A stretch of DNA of 63,941 nt, the filler included, from Rhizaria sp. SCN 62-66 (Eukaryota), in the NCBI GenBank assembly GCA_001724265.1. It is 3 parts of 3 records of this genome, joined end to end, with 100 filler letters (N's around TTAATTAATTAA, not from the genome) between each part and the next. Parts side by side here need not be neighbours in the genome. Positions count along the whole stretch, not along the records: positions 56,059 to 63,941 come from MEDY01000597.1; 2 more parts are not named here. One strand, given 5' to 3'. Positions within the stretch are counted from its first letter, which is position 1. Each line of letters begins with the position of its first letter. A program made the translations under genes and the position numbers. Positions 56,059 through 63,941 of this stretch are shown in pieces. The notes under the pieces are model-generated. The model saw only the letters and a program-made list of their open reading frames with translations. It was not told where the DNA came from and searched no databases.

Positions 56059-59000
56059 CCCTCGGCCGCGGCGCGCGCGCGCACGGCGGCGCGGTGCGTC
56101 TCGCGCAGCGCCACGTGCGCAGCCATGCCTCCCGCGTTGTTCGCCGCGTTGGTCAGCGCAGAGTGGCGGCGGAGGAGCTCGGCGGCGAAGACGAGCCAGG
56201 CGCGGCGCGCGCGAGCGGAGCCGTGGCCGCAGCGCGTGAGGCGCGCCCACAGCATCAGCGAGCGCCGCAGCGCCGGGGCGGGCCCGCTCAGCGCGACCTC
56301 GCCGCTCGTGCTCGCGCCCGGGCTCATCGCGCCCTTGCGCACAGTCAGTGTCGTACCGCTCACAGCCACGGCACTACCACAGACATCGTCGTCGTCGTCG
56401 TCATCGCCATCGTTGTTGGAGTTAGATTCGGAGTCGGAGCCGGGGCCGCAGCAGGGTAGCGAACGGCGCGCGCGCGCGGCGCTGCTGTTGTTGTTCACAA
56501 AGCGGTGCGCGCGGCGGCGGCGCGCACGGGCCTCGCCGTCCGACTCCCAGTCATCCGCTGCCCACTCGGCACTTGCACTCGCTGTTGCAGCGGCGCTCAC
56601 AGTGTTCAGAGAAGACTTGGCGCTGCGGCCGTGGGGGGTCTTGGCGGTGCCGCGGCAGTGCGCGAAGCAGCCCTGCGAGGCGGCGGCGGCGGCGCGGCGG
56701 CAGAGGCGCCCGCGGCGGCCGTTGCAGACGCACAGCAGCCACCACAGCGCGCGGCAGAAGCCGCCGCCGCGGTCCTCCCGCGCGTCGTCGTCGTCTTCGT
56801 ACGGGTCGTTGGCGCCCTCGCCGGCGCCGGAGGCGCGGGCTAGGAGCGTGCGCGTGCGGGGCCGGGCCGCGTACGTCAGCCACACACGCGTGCTGTTTCT
56901 GCTGCCGCTTTCACTGGACTGGGCGGGGCTCTTGGAGGGCTGCGTTGTACTGCCAGTGGCGCTTGCGTTCGCAATGCTGCTGCTGCCGGAGGTTGAGTGT
57001 GCGGGGAGGCTGAAGAGAGCGCGCGCGCGCGAGTCGAGGCCGGGGCGCAGCGGACGCGCTACAGACGATGCACTCACTGCTGAGCTCGCAGTCGAAGGCC
57101 GATGCTTGACAATCTTGTCGTCGTCGCTATCAGTCTCGTCTTCATCCTCATCCTCATCCTCATCCTCATCTTCATCCTCGTCCTCGTCTTCGTCATCGTC
57201 ATCGGTGTCGTTGTCATCGACGAGAGCGCCATCAGTCAACCTCTGCCTCTGCTGCTGCTGCTGCTGCTGTTGCAGCTCGCGTTGCCTTTGCTGCTCCTGT
57301 TGCTGCCGCTGTTGCGCCATCGCCTGCTGCCGCAGTAGCTCGCGCTGCCGCATCTGCTCCTGCGCCACAACTTGCTGCGCTTTCGCATCCGCCTGCGCCT
57401 GCTGCGTGGCCAGCTGCTGCAGCGCCTTGGCGTGAATATCACCGTCGCCGCTGCTCACCGCGTCCGCCGCAGCGTCAGTAACCGTAATCGTGGCGGTCGC
57501 TGCCGCCGTGGCCGCCGCAAGCGCACCCTCGGGCGACCAGCCCTCGAGCGCGGCCAGCAGTGCGGCGGCCACGGCGGGCGCGCGCGAGACGCCGTCGTAG
57601 GACGCGACCAGCACGCGCGCGCGCGGCGGCGGCGGGCGGCCCGCGCGCACGCTTGCGCTCCTCGCACCCGCATTCGCGGTGATGTTGTTCGCACTGGCGT
57701 TGTTGCTGTTGCTGTTGTTGTTGTTGTTGTTGTTGTTGGCGGTAGAGTTGAGCGGGACGGGGGCGCCCAGCGTGTGCGAGGAGGGATCGAGCCCGAGCAG
57801 CGCCTGCGCCGTCCACAGTGCCGTCTAGGTCAACAGCGAGCGCGTGAGGCCGTGCGCGGGGGGCGCCAACCAGCGCCCGGACACCGCGCTGCCGTTGTGA
57901 CCGTGGGCGTGACCGTGGGCAGCGCTGGCGGCGGTGGTGCTTTGGGCGACAGTGCTCACGCTCGAGTGCGGCAGCGGGACATCGTGGCGGCTACTTGCGC
58001 GGGCGCCAGCGCTGGAGCTACTTGTAGAGCTAGAGCTAGAGCTGTCGCAGGCGGTACTCGCAGAGTTCGCAGGCTGTGTGTCATTCACACTGAGACTGCC
58101 ACTGTTTATACTGCCAACGCTGCTGGTGCTGATGCGCGAGTTTTCGTACAGGCGCCCGTGCGCGCTGTCATTCGTCACCTGGTCCAGCCACAGGTACTTA
58201 ATCTCCCACCCGCGCTCGCCCTCAGCGGCGGTATTTCCCGTCGCGCTGGCCCCACCGCTTTGCGCACTCTGGCTGGCCGCAGCCGCGTGACTGGGGCGCG
58301 CACGGGCGAGGGCGCGCAGCGTGGGCTCGCGGCGCGTCGTCAGCACACCCTGGGTCACCGCGCGCAGATAGCGCCGGGAGCGACGTGAGGGGCGGGTTGA
58401 CTTCGGAGATAAGGGGTCTGCATTGTCTTCGTTGTCGTCGTCGTCGATGTCGCTGTCAGAGTCGTAGTCGTAGACGTCGTCGCTACCAGAACCAGAGCCA
58501 GAGCCAGAGTCTGCGTCGGTATTAGCAGTGCTGTTGCTCTTGCTCTTGCTGTCACCGTAGTCGTAATCCAGCGTCACTGCGCTTTTAGACTCTGACTGGT
58601 CTTTCTTACTCTGAATTTGACTCTTGCTCCTACTCTTGCGACGCCGATCAGCATGGCGAGCAGTCTCAGCCACGCCGCCGCTCGCGCCCGTGTCCGTGTG
58701 CGCGCGCATGCGCACCACGGTCCCCGCGAACGCCGGCCTGAGCGCGGGCCCGACGAGGATGACGTGCGTGACGCCGCTGGCGAGCAGGAAGGAGCTGTTG
58801 AGCGCGGCGCCGAGCCCGCCGACCAGCAGCCACGGCGAGGCCGCCGCGGCGAGTGACCGCGAGCACGGGAACTGCTCCAACCGCCGCGACGCCGCCGCAG
58901 CCGCAGTGCCGCCAGAACCGCGAGAGAGGCTGGCGTTCGTGGTGGAGTCGGGGTTGAGGCTGCGGAGCGGGAGGAGGTGAGCGGGGAAGGCGCGAGGCAG

Positions 59001-59174
59001 CAGCGCCGCGGCGGCCGCGGGAGAGGGGAACGGGTAGCTGCGCAGCAGCGGGTGCGCGTACGTCGGCGCGCGCACGGGCGGCGGAGGCGGCGTGGAGCGC
59101 GCGGAGTTGGGCCGGGGCTCGGCCGCGGAGGGAGCGCGCTGCTGGGGCTGAGACTGATACGGTGACTGCGACAT
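56059..59174 (-). CDS. Dual-specificity phosphatase-fold protein, probably catalytically inactive, 3' partial, read through an in-frame TAG at 57827-57825
   Basis: ORFs 59174-57825 and 57650-56007 are in the same frame with only the TAG between them. Before it: PWLLVGGLGAALNSSFLLASGVTHVILV and IKYLWL. After it: RVLVASYDGVSRAPAVAAALLAALEGWSPEGAL and GPAPALRRSLMLW. Confidence 0.78.
57825..57827 (-). other. In-frame TAG inside the DSP domain; putative sense codon
   Basis: Context CTG TTG ACC TAG ACG GCA CTG TGG = L L T * T A L W. Confidence 0.78.
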
Positions 59175-60015
59175 CGTTCTTGCTGCTCGGGAGCTACAAC
59201 AGGCTCAGGAACTCAAAGGCGCGCTGCCAGTCGTCAAGTGAAAACAGAGCAGTGATCAGGACTTGCACGAATGAGAGCGTGACGGGAGCCCACCTGGAGT
59301 GCAACTGCGAGTCGATTCTGTATCCCGCGCGAGAGCGAGGGCTGACGCAGCAGCGACACAAAGCGGCGCGGGAGAGCCGGGCGAGGGCACGGGACCAGTT
59401 GCCAGGTCGGAAGATGCCACGCAGCGTAGAAATCGAGCGGGACGAAAGACGCTGTCGCCACAGAGGCAAGGGACGCGAGCGCAGCGCTGACGTTGGGCTG
59501 GGTGGCTGCCTGGATCTCACAAGACGAAGGCGAGGCCCGACTTTGTGAAAAGAGAGGATTCAGGAAACAAATAACGGATTTGAGCGAAGAAGTTAAGAAA
59601 TGTTGCTAATTTTATACTATCGAGTTTATGATTAAAATTGTGTGGCTTTTGACGGAAGCTGTTCGTGTTATATTCAAAGAGAGATCCTCTTGGATTGTTG
59701 CCCGCGCACGAGGGTGGCGAAACCCCATTTGTGGACAACCATTAATAGGGACATTTACACTCGACATATTCATTAGTTTATGTTCATATTCAAATATGCG
59801 GTTAAAATGTACACACAATATTCATATTTTATGATTATTATTCAAATTTCATCATTAATCCACGTTAATCAGCCTGTCTGTCGGTCGCATCACTCACAAC
59901 CTATTCGAACTTCACTCGCGCCCCGCAAATGCCTCTTGCCCAGAAACCTTTGCATACGAAGAGTACACTCACATTTAGTAATTGAACCAGAGAGCGAATC
60001 TACACAATCCGCCTA

Positions 60016-63000
60016 ATGAACAGCCTTCAGCGCGCGTTCGCCGCGCGCGCTGCCGCTGCCACCGCCGCCGGGGCCGCGGACGACGACGACCCCAGTGCTG
60101 TCCCCGTCCCGGCCCCTGTCGCTATGGCAATAGCCTCAGTCTCCGCCGCAGCCGCGCCAGCGCCTGCAGCCACGAGCCCGCTGCGCACCCCGGCCCCGGC
60201 CCGCGGCCCCGGCCCCGCCGCGGCCTGCTCCATTGAGCGCTACCGGAACAGTCCCGAGTTGTTCGCCATCCTCCAGGAACAGGAGCCTGTCCACGAAGCT
60301 GGCGGCGCGCAGCGGACAGGCACACCAGGCCAGGCCCGCGCCACGCCGCAGGCGGGCCACGCGCAGCAGAGCGCGGGCTTTAGTGTGGGGCCGTTCGTGG
60401 GCCCTGTGCGCAGTGGCGCTGATGATGTCATGAAGACGCCTGCAACAGTCTCCGTCTCGTCCTCCTCCTCTGCTTCTGCCTTTTCGTCGTCGTCGTCTTC
60501 GTCGATGTATGCGTCGCCCTCGGTGGGGTTTATTTCCCCCGCAGTGTGGTCGCCTTATTGCAGCTCTAACGCGACTCTCTACGCCCCGGGCTTTGACGCA
60601 GGATTTGGCTCTGGCTCTGGCGATGCTCTGACACAGCAACAACAACAGCAGCGACAGCAGGAGTCGTTGCGCGGGTCGACCCTCAGGCTGGCTTTCTTGC
60701 ACGGCCGCCTGAGGCCGCTGAAAAACAACGCTAAAAAAGATGAAAGCAACACCACAAGCAACAGCGAGAGTCTTGAGCACAGCACTGCTGCTGCCGCCGC
60801 TGCCGCAGAGGCGGCTGCAGCGGCAGCACCAGCCACCGCGGCGGTGACAGTGGCTGCAGCGGATCAGCAGAGCAGCGATGCACTGGACCGCTCCGTCATC
60901 GAGCTCAGCGATTCCGACTCCGAGGCTAGTGTCGGCGGCGAGGGGCCCAGCAAGAGCATGAGCACCGACGGCGATGACATCGCCAGGACGGGGAGTGCGA
61001 GTGGGGATCTGCGCGTGCTGACGGTGTCGCCGATCTGCCTCGTGTCGCCCGCGCCGGCCGCCGCTAAGACCGTGGCTTGGACCACCCCACACAGCGGCGG
61101 CGACGGCGACGGCGACGGTGGCAGTAGCTCGCGTCCGGGTCAGACCCAGAGCTCGAGTTAGGAGGAAGAGCGAGCCCGCGCGCAGCGTCGGCTGAGCATG
61201 AGTAGCGGCGACGGCGTCGACGGCGACATCACCAGTAACAGTATCGCCAACGACCAGAGAAACGGGGACGGCGATAGTTAGCGCGAGCGCGAGCGCAACG
61301 ACGAGACTGAGACTGGTTACGCAGACGACGACGACTATAACTACCACAACAATGACAACAACGGCGACGACGGCGACTATACCCAGACCGGCAACGACGA
61401 CCTGGACGGTGACGGCGTGAATAACGTCGAGGTGATCGAGCTGAGCGACTCGCCCACAATCTCGCCCGCGCGTCCCGCGCCCAAGGCCGGCAGCGGCGAC
61501 AGCAGCACCGACACTTACAGTGCGGCCGCGAGCGCGAGTGCGGCGAAGGCCGGTGGCGGGGAAGAAGAGAGCGAGATGGCGCAGTGGCTGCGCGCGCTCG
61601 AGGCGTCGCCCCAAGCCACGACGCCCACCAAGCGGTCGCTCTCGCCAGCCCCGTGCCCGCTGCGCCACGACGGTGACGCTAACTCTGGCTATGTCAGAAA
61701 ATCACCTCTTGTGACGTTGTCGTCGTTCTCGTCATCGTCATCGTCATTGGCGGTTCCCAGTGTGCTGTTCTCTTGCGACGCGCGCGACAGCACAAGCTCT
61801 CTTCGCCGGTCACATTCGCGCTCACGGTCTCGCGACCACTCACCGCATACTTACACGCGCACGAGAGCTGACCCGCCGCGCAGCCCGCAGCACACGACGC
61901 CTCCGCGCCCGCCGCAGCCATCTCATTCGGAGTTGAGCGTCACGCCTGCCGAGGCGCGCTGCTGCGCCGTGTGCTCGCTGCCTTTTGCTACGCGCGCGCT
62001 GCGGGACTCCGCGCCCGCACTCCTCGCCGCTGCCGCGGCCGCGGCAGCGGCGGCGGCCGCGGCCGTGCCGGCGAACCACGTCCTGACTGACGCCGCCGAT
62101 ACCGCGGCGAAGCTGGCGTCGGAGGCCAAGGACGTGCCACAGCGCGCGCCCGCGAGCCCGGCCGAGTGCACGCACATGGTGTGCCAGCGGTGCCTCGTGC
62201 AATGGCTCGACACGGACTCGACCTGCGTCTTTTGCAAGGTGCAGGTGCGCATGGTCTACGTTTTCAACGACGACTACTTCGACCGCCTAGACATCTCTAA
62301 GCCGAACAGCAGCAACAGCAACAACAGCAACGGTCCCAGCAGCGGCGGCCGCAGCAGGCGCCCCCCGGTGCCTCCGCCCGCGGCGTACTCGTGGTACGCC
62401 AAGGAAGATTGGCCGGCCCGCGAGTCGGCCGCGCTGACCCCTGGCGCGGCGCCCATCGCGCTGGCCGACTATGCGCTGGCGCCGCCGTTGCGCGTGTTGC
62501 CACCGTGGCACGCGCTGTCGGACACGCGCGCCGCGCTCTTCGCTGGCCCGCTGGCGCCCGTGCTGGAGCTGCCGTTCGAGCGGCGAAGGCAGCCGATGGC
62601 TCACGTTTTCTCCGAGTTCACGCCGGGCGCGGGGCTCAGCGGTGCGAGCGCGGTGACGCACGCGGACATTGCGCGCGAGCAGAACGCCGATGCCGCCGAG
62701 TGCCACGTCTGCGGCTCCGGCGACGACCCGGGTCGACTGCTGCTGTGCGAAGGACTCATCGACCCCGTCGCGCCCCCCGGCGCCGCGCGCGACGCGGCCA
62801 GCGCCGCCGAGCTGGCGCGGGCGCGCGCGCGGTGGGTGGACCTGCTCTCGCGCGGCACCTACTCGGCCGACGTCTTCGGGCTTAACCCCAACGCGCCCGC
62901 ACTGGCGCCGATCGACCGCAGCCGCCGCGGCCGCAGTCGCAGTCTCCGCGACGAAGACGACGACGAGGAGGAGGAGGAGGAGGACGAGCACGGGACGGTG

Positions 63001-63941
63001 ATCAGCCGCGTCGGTGAGGGCCCCAACGCCAACGCGCAGCGCGTGTTCCGGCTCTCCGCCGCGGCGCGCGCGTTGGACCCTGACTTCGCGCGCGCAGTGC
63101 CGTGCCCGCTCGCGTTCCACACGTACTGCCTGGTGCCGCTGCTGCGCCACGTGCCGCATGACGCATGGCGCTGTCCGCGCTGCGTCGGGACCTGGGCCCA
63201 CCTCGACCCGCTCCGCAACATCGTCGCCGCCGCCGCGCGCGGGCCCGGCACAGCGCACTCCGCGGCGGGCTCCGGCTCGGACTCGGTGCCGGACTCGGAG
63301 CCCGACTCGGCGTCGGACCCGGACGGCGAGCGTGCGTTGGCCCGCGTGGCTCGCGCGGCCGAGAGCGAGGCCGCGCAGGCGGCGCGGCTAGCGGCGCTCG
63401 AGGCCGACGTGACGTCGTTGCTGCACGCGGGCGCGCTCGGCCCCGGCGACGGCGGCGCCGCCTACCGCCGCGACGCGTACCGTGGCAGGGAGCGGTGGAG
63501 GCGCGAGCGCAGCGCGCGCGCCGTGCGCAGGCAGCGGCGCCGAAACCTTCAGCGCCGGCGGCAGCAGCGGCAGCAGCAGCAGCAGCAGCAGGGCCTGCGC
63601 CAGCTGGGGCCGCGGCAGAGCCAGGTGCGCCGGCGCAGCGCGCGTCAGCTGAGTGACGACGACGACGACGACGACGACGATAGCGAAGACGACGACGGCG
63701 GAAGCGACGGCGGCGGCGGCGGTAGTTTCGGCGGCGCGCGGGGTCGCCCCCCTGCTGCGAACCGGCGCGCGTCTGCTCAGCCGCGCGGGGGCCCGCGCTA
63801 TTTCGACGACGACGACGACGATGACGACGAGGACGGCGTCAGTGCACGCGCGCGCGCCGCGGCCCCCCGCAGCCGCCCCGCCGCGCCGCAGCGCGCCGCG
63901 CGCGCCGTCGCTGACCGCGGCCGCGCCGCTGGCTCGCGCCA
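60016..63941 (+). CDS. SIM + RING (C3HC4) + PHD finger protein (PHRF1-like domain order), 3' partial, read through two in-frame TAGs
   Basis: Frame 1 is open from ATG 60016 to the window end except for TAGs at 61159 and 61279. RING: CAVC...CTHMVCQRCLVQWLDTDSTCVFCK. PHD: CHVCGSGDDPGRLLLCEG...CPLAFHTYCLVPLLRHVPHDAWRCPRC. The downstream part is missing from the ORF track. Confidence 0.82.
61159..61161 (+). other. In-frame TAG; putative sense codon
   Basis: Context TCG AGT TAG GAG GAA GAG = S S * E E E. Confidence 0.72.
61279..61281 (+). other. In-frame TAG; putative sense codon
   Basis: Context GAT AGT TAG CGC GAG CGC = D S * R E R. Confidence 0.72.

Noticed and set aside
1-63941. CRISPR arrays, rRNA, tRNA (including a CUA suppressor) and transposons
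   Set aside because: None recognisable by eye; the repeats seen are coding microsatellites. A tRNAscan-SE or Infernal run is needed to exclude small RNAs.

Overview
Gene-dense nuclear DNA of a eukaryotic microbe, with GC-rich exons, AT/pyrimidine-rich intergenic DNA and spliceosomal GT-AG introns whose donors are mostly GTACG. Two artificial 100-nt N/TTAATTAATTAA spacers split the window into three contigs. About 19 protein-coding loci are readable: eIF4G-like, Pat1, a giant degenerate kinesin-3-like protein, LRRC51-like, presequence protease, a frameshifted RPS29, propionyl-CoA carboxylase beta, a RING-H2 protein, Pex3, succinyl-CoA ligase beta, a longin R-SNARE, CCDC25, a secreted LamG-like protein, an ankyrin protein, VTC1-like, a pseudo-dual-specificity phosphatase, a SIM-RING-PHD protein and two contig-edge fragments. 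Main result: the organism appears to use a non-standard nuclear genetic code in which UAG is a sense codon, most likely Gln, while UAA and UGA remain stops. Four in-frame TAG codons interrupt three otherwise continuous genes, two of them inside conserved domains. All 15 intact gene ends I can read are TAA (9) or TGA (6); none is TAG. Many proteins are also greatly inflated by Ala-rich insertions inside folded domains. All family calls are by-eye motif recognition; no database searches were run.
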